Shown one piece after another: positions 9,717-19,023 of a DNA stretch of 64,000 bases. The notes under the pieces are model-generated. The model was given only the letters and a program-made list of their open reading frames with translations, ran no database searches and had not been told where the DNA came from. This DNA is from Clostridia bacterium (lineage in GTDB: Bacteria; Bacillota; Clostridia; DUPQ01). Every line of letters begins with the position of its first letter. The first letter of the stretch is position 1. The translations under genes and the position numbers were made by a program. The stretch is from NCBI GenBank assembly GCA_016938455.1, contig JAFGUQ010000089.1, positions 445 to 64,444 of the forward strand, read 5' to 3'.

Positions 9717-10130
9717 ATTATAGAGAAAATCAAATACTTAATCACAGATAAATACAGAAAACCGTTTCGCTTTGTCGTTGTAGGTGTTCTAAATACACTG
9801 GTTGACTTTCTGGTCTTTCTGCTATGTAATAAGGTCATCCTGATTCATTACACTGTCAGCCAGGTGATCGGATACTGTTTCGGAGTGCTGAATAGTTTCA
9901 CTTTCAATAAATTATGGACATTTGAAAGCAGAAATACGAAAAAGAAGACAGGCATGGAGTTCATACGATTTATCATGATCAATGCCGTTTCACTGGGTGT
10001 TTCTGTATATGGGATATCATTGCTTGTGGAGAATTTTAATGTGAATGTCATTATTTCTAAAATAGCAGTGACATTGATTGCACAGTTAATCAACTATATC
10101 GGCTATAAGGTTTGGGTGTTTAAAAAATGA
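9717..10130 (+). CDS. GtrA-family membrane protein (polyprenyl-phosphate-sugar flippase-like); start codon non-canonical or annotation uncertain
   Basis: The conserved GtrA N-terminus KPFRFVVVGVLNTLVDFLVFLL is encoded in frame upstream of the GTG at 9864. There is no ATG, GTG or TTG between the in-frame stop at 9693 and that motif. A GGGGGG SD-like run (9702-9707) precedes in-frame ATT (9717) and ATA (9720). Confidence 0.55.
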   Translation: MIEKIKYLITDKYRKPFRFVVVGVLNTLVDFLVFLLCNKVILIHYTVSQVIGYCFGVLNSFTFNKLWTFESRNTKKKTGMEFIRFIMINAVSLGVSVYGISLLVENFNVNVIISKIAVTLIAQLINYIGYKVWVFKK

Positions 10131-10918
10131 AAAAAGGCAGAGGAAAATTCATTGTCATTTTAATTATTCTTGTTACTGTTCTTTTTTTCTATCCACTTAG
10201 AAGTTACTTGATAATGAGTATTTACAGCCACAGCCATAAAAAAGACAGTATTTTCGAAAAATACATGATCGATGTGAATGTCAAAGGGGGATTCAGTACA
10301 CTGATAACAGACTATTACCCGTTTATCATGTATTTCAATGATTCAGTCGGTTTTTCACGGTTTTCAGGAATTGACTGTGACATGTCAATCATTTATAACT
10401 TCGGAGCTTTTACTTTTCCTTTCATCAGTTCATCATTATTCAATGAAAAATCACCATATTTCTCGACTTTCTATGGTGCTTATGCTGTCAAACCTAACGA
10501 TGATAACCGCAGGTTCGGATTTGATGGTGACGACCTGAATGTCAGTGAAGCGGTACTGGTGCCTAAGTTTGACTTAACAGAGCTTGTGCTTTTTGACCTT
10601 GGATGCGAAAATATATCCTTTGATTATTCAATTGATGATATTAAAAAAAATGATAATGGATTTTATGTGATTGATGCCACGATTACCACTAATTCCATGT
10701 CTCACCGATATGAGGGGTTCAAGAGGAATTATCTTCAGTATGGGAGGCCATTTTTGTGGATTCAACCTGAGGAATCATTTAAAGTAACAGATTATCATGG
10801 CAGAATCTATGCCAGCTATATTGAAAAAGACAACATCACACTGTTTTATTATATCATCACTCAGGATATGGCTGCTCTGGAAGAATGTGATGAGCATTTT
10901 TTAAGTGAAATACAATAA
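10127..10918 (+). CDS. Hypothetical membrane-anchored protein (263 aa)
   Basis: N-terminal TM helix. An ATGA overlap couples it to the GtrA gene. Confidence 0.4.
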   Translation: MKKGRGKFIVILIILVTVLFFYPLRSYLIMSIYSHSHKKDSIFEKYMIDVNVKGGFSTLITDYYPFIMYFNDSVGFSRFSGIDCDMSIIYNFGAFTFPFISSSLFNEKSPYFSTFYGAYAVKPNDDNRRFGFDGDDLNVSEAVLVPKFDLTELVLFDLGCENISFDYSIDDIKKNDNGFYVIDATITTNSMSHRYEGFKRNYLQYGRPFLWIQPEESFKVTDYHGRIYASYIEKDNITLFYYIITQDMAALEECDEHFLSEIQ

Positions 10919-10950
10919 TATTGATGATATAATCATAAAGAGGTTTTAAG

Positions 10951-12162
10951 ATGGAACAAACAACAATGAAGAAAAACAATGGATATAAAATCGCTTTTTT
11001 TATTGTAATGAGCATTATTGCATTAGTTATAAGATATATTTACCGTGATTTTCAATCACCTGATTATTACTGGTACCTGAGAATATGGTTTGATCAGCTT
11101 AAAGAAGGCGGAGGATTTCTGGCTTTAAGCCAACCGATTTCAAATTACTCTCCTTTATATATCTATATCATGGCTTTTTTAACTTACCTTCCGGTCAATT
11201 CACTTTATTCCATTAAAGCTGTTTCTGTTATATTTGACTTTGTCGCTGCCTACTATGTTTTTAAATTACTTGAGATTAAATTCAAAAATCATTTTTTAAC
11301 TTATCTTGGTGCAGCTGTGACTCTCTTTCTTCCAACAGTCATTATAAACGGTGCTTATGCATCTCAGTGTGATATCATCTTTTCAGCTTTTTTACTTGGA
11401 ACAATCTATTATCTGATCAAGGAGAAAAACATCACTGCATTGATTTTCTTCGGGATAGCAGTATCCTTTAAATTACAGGCAGCTTTTCTGGCACCGGTAT
11501 TTTTAATACTGCTGCTTAAGAAACAAGTTAAAATATGGCAGCTGTTCCTGGCTCCTTTAGTTTACCTGGGGACCTTGATTCCAGCCTATTTAATTGGAAG
11601 ACCTTTCAGAGAACTGATTACCATCTACTTTACTCAAGTAGGTTATTACCCCTATCTCACAATGAACTGTGCTAATATTTATCAATTCTTTGAAGAGAAA
11701 AATTTTGACATAATCAATAGAATCGGGATTATCGGAACACTGATAATCGTACTTTTTATCTGTTTCTGGATCGGATTATCCAAAAAGAAATTAGATGCTG
11801 ATTTGATGACAGAAGTGTCTGTCCTGATTTTACTGGTGATTCCCTTCTTTTTACCACAGATGCATGAACGGTATTATTTTCCTGCTGAAGTACTGGCTGT
11901 TGTTTATGCTTTCTATAACCGAAAATATTTTTATGTGCCGATAGCTCTTATTGTGGCTTCATTTTTAAGTTATGGCCCATTTATCTTCAACAAGCATTTG
12001 ATTGATATGAGAATTCTGGCAGTGACCATATTTATGGTAATCATATTTTTTGTCAGTGATATCAGCATTAAGCTGAGAAAGGAAATCAGCCAAGATGAAG
12101 AACATAGTGATTACGGGGGGGACCAGGGGAATCGGGTATTACCTGACACAGAACTTTCTTAA
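10951..12162 (+). CDS. GT-C superfamily membrane glycosyltransferase (polyprenyl-phosphate-sugar dependent, mannosyl/arabinosyltransferase-like)
   Basis: Multi-TM protein with an HERYYFP motif region. 403 aa. The C-terminal tail overlaps the SDR gene. Confidence 0.55.
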   Translation: MEQTTMKKNNGYKIAFFIVMSIIALVIRYIYRDFQSPDYYWYLRIWFDQLKEGGGFLALSQPISNYSPLYIYIMAFLTYLPVNSLYSIKAVSVIFDFVAAYYVFKLLEIKFKNHFLTYLGAAVTLFLPTVIINGAYASQCDIIFSAFLLGTIYYLIKEKNITALIFFGIAVSFKLQAAFLAPVFLILLLKKQVKIWQLFLAPLVYLGTLIPAYLIGRPFRELITIYFTQVGYYPYLTMNCANIYQFFEEKNFDIINRIGIIGTLIIVLFICFWIGLSKKKLDADLMTEVSVLILLVIPFFLPQMHERYYFPAEVLAVVYAFYNRKYFYVPIALIVASFLSYGPFIFNKHLIDMRILAVTIFMVIIFFVSDISIKLRKEISQDEEHSDYGGDQGNRVLPDTELS

Positions 12163-12871
12163 GCAGAATTGTCATGTGGTGATTTCCGGAACGAGTGAAA
12201 AGAGTGTCAGTCATGCATTACTTAGCCTGAATTCAGCCAATGCTGATGGTTTTGTCTGTGATGTGAAGGACTACAGACAGGTAGAAGCGTTTCTTGAGTT
12301 TGCTGTTTCTAAAATGAAAAGCATTGATATCTGGATTAATAATGCAGGCATTGACCAGGAGAGAGAACTGTTTTCTGAAATTGGATACTCCTCTTACAAG
12401 AGGGTGATTGATACGAATGTCTTAGGCATGATGAACGGCAGCAAAGTGGCATTCTCATTTATGCAATCACAAGGCCATGGCTATATATATAATATGGAAG
12501 GATACGGAAGTAACGGAGCTATCCTTGAGAAAATGACTGTTTACGGCACATCAAAAAGCGCATTGACCTATTTTACCAGGTCACTGGCTAATGAGGCAAA
12601 GCATACCTGTGTCAAAGTGGGAAGATTAAGTCCTGGTATGGTCATGACTGATTTTCTTAAAAAAGGGGTTGATGACAGTGAAAGTTCTAAAAAAACAAAG
12701 AAGATATATAATATCCTTGCAGATAAACCTGAAGATGTCACGGCATTCCTTGTCAGGAGAATATTGTCAACTTCAAAAAATGATGCACATATCAGTTGGC
12801 TGAGCAGCGGTAAAGTGATGCTAAGGTTCATGACAGCATTCAGGTATAAAGACAGATTCTATAAAGTGTAG
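12095..12871 (+). CDS. Short-chain dehydrogenase/reductase (SDR)
   Basis: TGGTRGIG Rossmann motif and YGTSK catalytic motif. Confidence 0.85.
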   Translation: MKNIVITGGTRGIGYYLTQNFLKQNCHVVISGTSEKSVSHALLSLNSANADGFVCDVKDYRQVEAFLEFAVSKMKSIDIWINNAGIDQERELFSEIGYSSYKRVIDTNVLGMMNGSKVAFSFMQSQGHGYIYNMEGYGSNGAILEKMTVYGTSKSALTYFTRSLANEAKHTCVKVGRLSPGMVMTDFLKKGVDDSESSKKTKKIYNILADKPEDVTAFLVRRILSTSKNDAHISWLSSGKVMLRFMTAFRYKDRFYKV

Positions 12872-12888
12872 ATTGTATTTCCAGTAAT

Positions 12889-12916
12889 AAGGGGAAAATG
12901 TTACCATTTTCCCCTT
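12889..12916. terminator. Bidirectional hairpin terminator between the convergent SDR and nucleotidase genes
   Basis: AAGGGGAAAATG-TTAC-CATTTTCCCCTT perfect stem. Confidence 0.6.
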
Positions 12917-12936
12917 TCAGTTATATATGAATAATA

Positions 12937-14622
12937 TTACGGAGTTGTTAATACCTGACCGATTGAGATCATATCCGGATCAGCAATGGTTGCTTTATTA
13001 AGTTCATACAACTGGTTCCATGTAAGCCCGTACATAGCTGCGATTTTTGTTAAATTATCACCGGCAACTACTGTATATTTATTAGTTGCTGTTGTAGGTG
13101 ATGTGTCTGTATATGAGCCTTCAATGACTGTGATTCTGCCTTCTGGAAGAGGAGCGATAACTCCTTTGGCAGCAATATAATCTATGACAGCTTCGTCAAG
13201 CCCTTTAAATTCATTGACAGTTTCTGTGGTCAGCATGGTGTAACCATCTCCTCCGGCTGCCATAAAATCGTTGGTAGCCAGAACATAGGCTGCATTCAGA
13301 TTAACAGGCATATCACCGATCATCAGATCAACAATTCTGTCACCTACAGGTCTATTCATGTCAATTGAAAATGACATTCCACCGACCTGAGGGAATTTTC
13401 CTGCAGAGGCTGGATAAGAATCGGTGGCATATTCCAGTGCCTGTTTAATGATCGCACCGGTTACTTCCTTTGTGACAATATAGTTGCCAAATGGAAGGAC
13501 AGTAATAACATCTCCTTTGGTAATATATCCTGCAGGTATGCTGGCTCTGATCCCTCCACCGTTTGTCAATGCGACATCTGCACCTGACTCAGCAAGCATG
13601 GCATCTGTGACCAGATTACCCATGTTGGTTTCGCCGGTTCTGACATAATTTCTTTCTCCCATTATATTAAGTGTGCTTCTTCCCACGACTTCAGAAAGGA
13701 TGACATCATGAGTGGCATTGATTGATTCAGTCAATGCTACGACGGCTGGGTCTGCTACTGTATCTGCAGTCTCAGCTTTAGTAATCAATGAAGCTGTTTT
13801 AGCAGTGACAACGCCTCCTGATACAGTAATTTCTACTACACCAAGGTTTTTGTCATACTCACCTGCGCTGGCAATCAGAGTGTTGTTGACAACCAATCCC
13901 TGTGGCAGTGTTGAGTGACTATGTCCGTCAATAATGACATCAATACCGTCTACTTCCATTGCTACTTTAGCACTTGTGTCAACACTTGCTTCATCTAATC
14001 CTAAGTGGAAAAGACCGACAATTACCTGACATCCCAAACTTTCAAGAAGCGTGACCATGGCCTGTGCTTTGACTACTGGATCTGCAAATGTAAGACCCAT
14101 GACATTATCAGGGTGAGTCTTATAGGTGGTCTCAGGTGTGGTTAACCCGAAGATACCTACCTTTACACCTCCAACAGTCTTCACTGTATATGGCTCAAGT
14201 AAAGCAGTGCCGTTTTCTTTAAGGACATTCGCTGACAGTATCGGAAAATCAGCCATATCAGCAAGCTCAAGCAAACGCTCATAGCCATAATTGAAATCGT
14301 GATTACCCGGGGTCATGACATCATATCCCATGAGATTATACACTTCAACTATACTTGCACCTTTTTCAAGAGTAGCAAATGTCTGCCCGTGAAACGCATC
14401 ACCTGCATCCATTAAGAGCGTATTTGGATTGGCAGCTCTCAACTCGCTCACTAAGGTTGATATTTTGGCAAGTCCGATACCGTCACCTTCAAAAACTCTT
14501 GCATGTATGTCGTTTGTGTGTGCAATGACTATGGTTGTATCAGCTGCAAAAACACTTGATGGCATCAAAACAGATAACAGCAGCACAAGAACAATAAGCA
14601 TAGCAGTTAATTTCTTCTTCAT
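12937..14622 (-). CDS. Secreted bifunctional metallophosphatase / 5'-nucleotidase with a C-terminal LysM domain
   Basis: Signal peptide, then calcineurin-like GDAFHG and GNHDF motifs, a 5'-nucleotidase C-terminal domain, and a final LysM (YTVVAGDNLTKIAAMYGLTWNQLYELN). Confidence 0.85.
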   Translation of the reverse strand: MKKKLTAMLIVLVLLLSVLMPSSVFAADTTIVIAHTNDIHARVFEGDGIGLAKISTLVSELRAANPNTLLMDAGDAFHGQTFATLEKGASIVEVYNLMGYDVMTPGNHDFNYGYERLLELADMADFPILSANVLKENGTALLEPYTVKTVGGVKVGIFGLTTPETTYKTHPDNVMGLTFADPVVKAQAMVTLLESLGCQVIVGLFHLGLDEASVDTSAKVAMEVDGIDVIIDGHSHSTLPQGLVVNNTLIASAGEYDKNLGVVEITVSGGVVTAKTASLITKAETADTVADPAVVALTESINATHDVILSEVVGRSTLNIMGERNYVRTGETNMGNLVTDAMLAESGADVALTNGGGIRASIPAGYITKGDVITVLPFGNYIVTKEVTGAIIKQALEYATDSYPASAGKFPQVGGMSFSIDMNRPVGDRIVDLMIGDMPVNLNAAYVLATNDFMAAGGDGYTMLTTETVNEFKGLDEAVIDYIAAKGVIAPLPEGRITVIEGSYTDTSPTTATNKYTVVAGDNLTKIAAMYGLTWNQLYELNKATIADPDMISIGQVLTTP

Positions 14623-14651
14623 TCTTTTTTTCCTCCAATTTTTAATATATT

Positions 14652-14668
14652 AATACGAATATCGTATT
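14652..14668. promoter_or_regulatory. Candidate operator: 7-bp inverted repeat AATACGA-ATA-TCGTATT in the nucleotidase promoter region
   Basis: Perfect inverted repeat 30-46 nt upstream of the start codon. It lies between a TTGAGT -35-like and a TTAATA -10-like element on the minus strand. Confidence 0.35.
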
Positions 14669-14791
14669 TGACTCAAAACAACCTTCCAGATGGTTAACTG
14701 GGGTATCTTTTGTTCAGCAAAAAAGAATATCATCATTCTATCATTAATCATTTGTATGAATGTTAAGACTGAGTTATATTACTGCTAAATG

Positions 14792-16060
14792 TTATTCACT
14801 TATAATTGTGTTATACATGGAGTCAAACTTAGTAAAATATTCCCTGAAGTTATTAAATAAAGGTTTGTACTCATTGATTATATTATACGCTACTGCAGCG
14901 TTGTTTACAAGAAAACTGACAGATACTGAGAACAGGAAGGCACTTCCCTTTACTAAAGCAATATCTGGATCGGTCATTCTGAAATCATTTCCGTGAAGTG
15001 TTCCTGAGACTCCGCCGATATAGGGATGGAGAATAGGCATGACAGAGGACATATCACCCATATCAGAACATAATCCGAGATGAGGGAATGTTTCGATTTC
15101 TTTATTGAAAACCGATTTGGCAACCGGCAAAACATAATCATTCATTAAAGGACTGGTATACATGGGAAGATAACCGGGAACATCGTTGATTTCTACTTTG
15201 GTTCCCATAGCATGAGCACAACCAACAAAAGCTCTGTTGACTTTATCATTGATCTGGCTGATATCATCAAGTGTCGCTGCCCTTATATATGACTCTATAA
15301 TCACTTCAGACGGAATGACATTAACAGCATCGCCGCCTTTAGTGATGATTGGGTGAACTCTTGCATACTGCTTTTCAGTAAAGGTTTCACGGAGAGCATT
15401 AATGGCATTCAAAGAAAGATTAGCCGCATACAGTGCATTGACACCCTCTTCAGGAGCATTTCCTGCATGAGCTGCCTTACCGGTGAAAGTGACTTTTTTA
15501 ATGATGTTACCGTTAGAAGAAGTGCTTAATGTGATTTCGTTTTCCTGTGGCATGCAATGAGCCATGATGCAGATATCCACATCATCAAATAATCCCCGGT
15601 ACATCAATTCAGGTTTGCCTGAAGGATATCTGATGACTCCTTTCTTCATAAGATCAAGACGATGCTGCATCTCAATGTGCTCTTCTGCTGGCACTGCCAT
15701 GAAGTGTATTTTGCCAGTTATGTCATATTGTTCAATCATTTGCTTTAAAAGCAGAGCGCTTCCAAGCAGATTGGTGCATTCAATGTTATGCCCACAGGCA
15801 TGCACAGGTTTATCATTGATGATGATGCTGTCCATTTCTCCGATAATGGCAATGGCAGGACCGGGTTTTTTACTGTCATAGGTAGCTTTGACATAGGGTA
15901 TTTCAACTCCTGTGATTGTTTCGTATCCCATTTTCCTAAATTGCTCATCAATATACTCTGCAGTCATTTTTTCCTTGAAACCTGTTTCAGCATGATCATA
16001 GATATGAGTCGCAAAATTGATAAGCGTATCTCTGTTTTTTCTTGATTGTTCCAGTATCAT
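14792..16060 (-). CDS. M20-family amidohydrolase/peptidase (hippurate hydrolase/AbgB-like)
   Basis: Metal-binding HACGH motif and M20D-type domain layout. 422 aa. Confidence 0.75.
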   Translation of the reverse strand: MILEQSRKNRDTLINFATHIYDHAETGFKEKMTAEYIDEQFRKMGYETITGVEIPYVKATYDSKKPGPAIAIIGEMDSIIINDKPVHACGHNIECTNLLGSALLLKQMIEQYDITGKIHFMAVPAEEHIEMQHRLDLMKKGVIRYPSGKPELMYRGLFDDVDICIMAHCMPQENEITLSTSSNGNIIKKVTFTGKAAHAGNAPEEGVNALYAANLSLNAINALRETFTEKQYARVHPIITKGGDAVNVIPSEVIIESYIRAATLDDISQINDKVNRAFVGCAHAMGTKVEINDVPGYLPMYTSPLMNDYVLPVAKSVFNKEIETFPHLGLCSDMGDMSSVMPILHPYIGGVSGTLHGNDFRMTDPDIALVKGSAFLFSVSVSFLVNNAAVAYNIINEYKPLFNNFREYFTKFDSMYNTIISE

Positions 16061-17073
16061 TTTTTCTCCTGATTTTTGAATACATCCAACATCGCTACGA
16101 TGTTTTCACATGGGACATCATAAGGGACAGCATGGGTCGGTGCGGCGATATAGCCACCGTTTTTCCCCAGGATATCCATTATCCGTCTTGTCTCACTGCT
16201 TACCACTTCGGGTGTGGCAAAGGGAAGAAGTGCCTGCGTGCTGATAGCCCCCCAGAAAGTGAGGTCATTGCCATACTCTTTTTTTAATTTATTAAGGTCA
16301 TATATTTCAGGTTGTACGGTGTTATAGGCATTAAGCCCGGCATCAATCAGATCAGGGAAAATCTCTGAAATATCACCGCAGGAATGCTGCATGACATATA
16401 ACCCCTGGCTATGGCACTGATCATACATTCTTTTAAGCCTTGGAAGAATGAATTCTCTCCAATTGGCTGGGCCCATAATCAGACCATGCTGCTGTCCCCA
16501 GTCATCACCAAAATAAAAGCCGTCTACAGGGTAATCTTCATATAATTTAATAACCTCTATATTAGCTTCGCAGATTTCATCGAGAAGCTCATGAACAAAA
16601 ACAGGATCAAGTACCATATCGGTTAAAAGGTTCTGAAAACCCCTCAGTGACCAGGCTCTTTCAAACAGTGAAAAGCCGATATCACCAATGATGAAATGAT
16701 CGCTTTTTATTTTCAGATCTTCTTCCATGAGTGGAATAGCCAATGAGGGATTGACTCTTGGCAGTGTGAAAAGGCTGATGTCAGGATTCTTGAAAACAGG
16801 ATCATCAATCACTCCGATATCCTTATCAACACCGCTCCGGTTCCAGACTGCTCCGAAGAAGTCTCTGAAATGCCCTTTTTTATCAGGTAACTCTTCATTG
16901 ACATCGTTCCATCTGATTCGATGGATATGGTTTTCGATTTTATCTTCAAAATGATCATCATTTAGAAAAACAGCCATTTTCCTGTGTTCTTCTATGGTGA
17001 AATCAACTTGATAGGGAATGATATCAGATTCTTTATGATTTAGTGAGTTAAGAATTCGCTGCTTTTTAATCAT
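16057..17073 (-). CDS. Uroporphyrinogen decarboxylase (URO-D) family protein (MtaA/CmuA-like)
   Basis: URO-D fold motifs. 338 aa. A paralog lies at 55807-56871. Confidence 0.7.
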   Translation of the reverse strand: MIKKQRILNSLNHKESDIIPYQVDFTIEEHRKMAVFLNDDHFEDKIENHIHRIRWNDVNEELPDKKGHFRDFFGAVWNRSGVDKDIGVIDDPVFKNPDISLFTLPRVNPSLAIPLMEEDLKIKSDHFIIGDIGFSLFERAWSLRGFQNLLTDMVLDPVFVHELLDEICEANIEVIKLYEDYPVDGFYFGDDWGQQHGLIMGPANWREFILPRLKRMYDQCHSQGLYVMQHSCGDISEIFPDLIDAGLNAYNTVQPEIYDLNKLKKEYGNDLTFWGAISTQALLPFATPEVVSSETRRIMDILGKNGGYIAAPTHAVPYDVPCENIVAMLDVFKNQEKK

Positions 17074-17147
17074 GATTTAACCTTTCCGTTTTAATAATTC
17101 TATTATATAATAAAAAAGAACGTAAATGTACAGTTAATGGGGAAAAT

Positions 17148-18911
17148 ATGGATTCAAGAATTACAAAAAAAGATTACCTTATCATTGTCATCATCACCGT
17201 GCTGTATGCACTCATGGCGCTGATTAACCTCGGAGACAGGACAGCTCCGCAGACGGGCTGGGTACCTGAAGGATTGAACAGGGAATTCATCATCAATTTT
17301 GATGAGGAAAAGGATCTTGATAAAATCATGTATTATTGCGGGTTAGGAGAGGACTGGTACAGTGTTGCTGCACTTGACGTCTTTTACCTCAATGACAGTG
17401 GTGACTATGAACAGATTACCAGACTCGAAAAAGAGAGTTCTACCATGTTCAAATGGAAAGACGCACCTCTACCGGTACGAACTTCTTCTCTAAAGTTTGT
17501 CTCTGATTATTTTAAAAGCGAAGACGGAACCATAAAAGGGATCAGAGGAGAGTTTTTTGAAATCGCAGTTTATGAAAAAGGAAGCGAACAACCTGTACCT
17601 ATCAAAGAACTCATAGAGCTGACTGATAAGACAAAAGGAACAGAAAAACTCTTTGATGAGCAGGAATTTGCAGTTTACACATCAACCTATATGAATACCA
17701 CTTATTTTGATGAAGTCTACTTTCCGAGAACTGCCTATGAATATATCAATAATATTTCTCCATATGAAAACACCCATCCGCCTCTTGGTAAAATCATCAT
17801 CATGTGGGGAATTCAACTTTTCGGATTCACACCTTTCGGATGGAGAGTGTTCGGAGCGCTTTTCGGAGCTATGATGATTCCTCTGATGTATGTCTTCGGG
17901 AAGAGAATCTTCAAAACGACTTTCCTTGCTTTTGTATGTGCATTTCTGATGATGTTTGATTTCATGCATTTCACCCAGACAAGAATCGGAACCGTTGACG
18001 GATATCTGTGCTTTTTTATCATCCTGATGTTCTATTACATGTATAAATATTTCATGCAGAAGTCTTATGAAATAAAGTTCAGATTTACTATCTATCCACT
18101 TTTAATGTGTGGCATTTTCTTTGGACTGGCAGCTTCTGTCAAATGGATTGGCCTTTATGCAGGTGCCGGTATTGCCTTTCTGTTCTTTTTGAAGCAGTTA
18201 CTTGAACTAAGAGCGAATAAAAAAGGGCTTATCGAGCAGGAACATTTCTTCAGAAAGACAATGCTTCCCACCCTTTTGCTGTGCCTTATTTTCTTCATCA
18301 TAATTCCGGTATGTATTTATTACCTGTCTTATCTCCCTGTGTTCAAAGCAACCGGTTCTGAAAACCATATTGCCGATTTTTTAAGTTCCCAGAAGCATAT
18401 GTATTCCTATCATGCAGGGGTAACCTCTGCACACCCCTATGCTTCTCCCTGGTGGCAGTGGCCGGCTGATATAAGACCAGTCTATTTTTATCAGATGAAA
18501 AATCCGCCGGAAGGCATGTGGGGAGCGATTGCCTCTTTTGGGAATCCGTTAATCTGGTGGACAGGATTCGGCTGCCTTTTCTCAACAGCAGTGATTGCGC
18601 TGAAAAAGAAAGATAAAAGAGCTGTTTTCATTTTTGCCGCTTATCTTTCCCTGTATCTTCCATGGATTATTGCTCCAAGAAAAATCACTTTCCTTTACCA
18701 CTATTTCTCATTGGTTCCTTTCATCATCTTTGCTATTGCCTACAATATTGAACACCTATTGAAAAAGAAAAGAAAATACAGGAAAATGGTTATTCTATAT
18801 CTGATTCTGGTCGCAGTCCTGTTTGCTGTGTTTTATCCGGCGCTTTCCGGAACCATGGTACCTCTAAAATATATCGAGTCATTAAGATGGCTTCCGTCAT
18901 GGTATTTTTAA
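17148..18911 (+). CDS. Dolichyl/polyprenyl-phosphate-mannose protein mannosyltransferase family (GT39/PMT-like, YkcB-like)
   Basis: Multi-TM GT-C protein with a PMT-like core. 587 aa. Confidence 0.7.
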   Translation: MDSRITKKDYLIIVIITVLYALMALINLGDRTAPQTGWVPEGLNREFIINFDEEKDLDKIMYYCGLGEDWYSVAALDVFYLNDSGDYEQITRLEKESSTMFKWKDAPLPVRTSSLKFVSDYFKSEDGTIKGIRGEFFEIAVYEKGSEQPVPIKELIELTDKTKGTEKLFDEQEFAVYTSTYMNTTYFDEVYFPRTAYEYINNISPYENTHPPLGKIIIMWGIQLFGFTPFGWRVFGALFGAMMIPLMYVFGKRIFKTTFLAFVCAFLMMFDFMHFTQTRIGTVDGYLCFFIILMFYYMYKYFMQKSYEIKFRFTIYPLLMCGIFFGLAASVKWIGLYAGAGIAFLFFLKQLLELRANKKGLIEQEHFFRKTMLPTLLLCLIFFIIIPVCIYYLSYLPVFKATGSENHIADFLSSQKHMYSYHAGVTSAHPYASPWWQWPADIRPVYFYQMKNPPEGMWGAIASFGNPLIWWTGFGCLFSTAVIALKKKDKRAVFIFAAYLSLYLPWIIAPRKITFLYHYFSLVPFIIFAIAYNIEHLLKKKRKYRKMVILYLILVAVLFAVFYPALSGTMVPLKYIESLRWLPSWYF

Positions 18912-19023
18912 ACGCAAACAACTATGTTTAAAGGTCATTTATGTATAATGTGTGAGTATTTTGATACATTTTAGTGTGTAATGATATAATGAAACTGTCG
19001 TAAAGGGAATGGGAGGATAACAA

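Noticed and set aside
9864-10130. GTG start at 9864 for the GtrA-family gene
   Set aside because: It would cut off the conserved GtrA N-terminal helix (FRFVVVGVLNTLVDF), which is encoded in frame upstream. The gene must begin earlier.
12095-12162. 68-nt overlap between the GT-C gene tail and the SDR gene as a sign of a frameshift or fusion
   Set aside because: The SDR N-terminus (MKNIVITGGTRGIG) is a canonical Rossmann-fold start. The GT-C tail is low-complexity read-through. A genuine overlap is the simpler reading.
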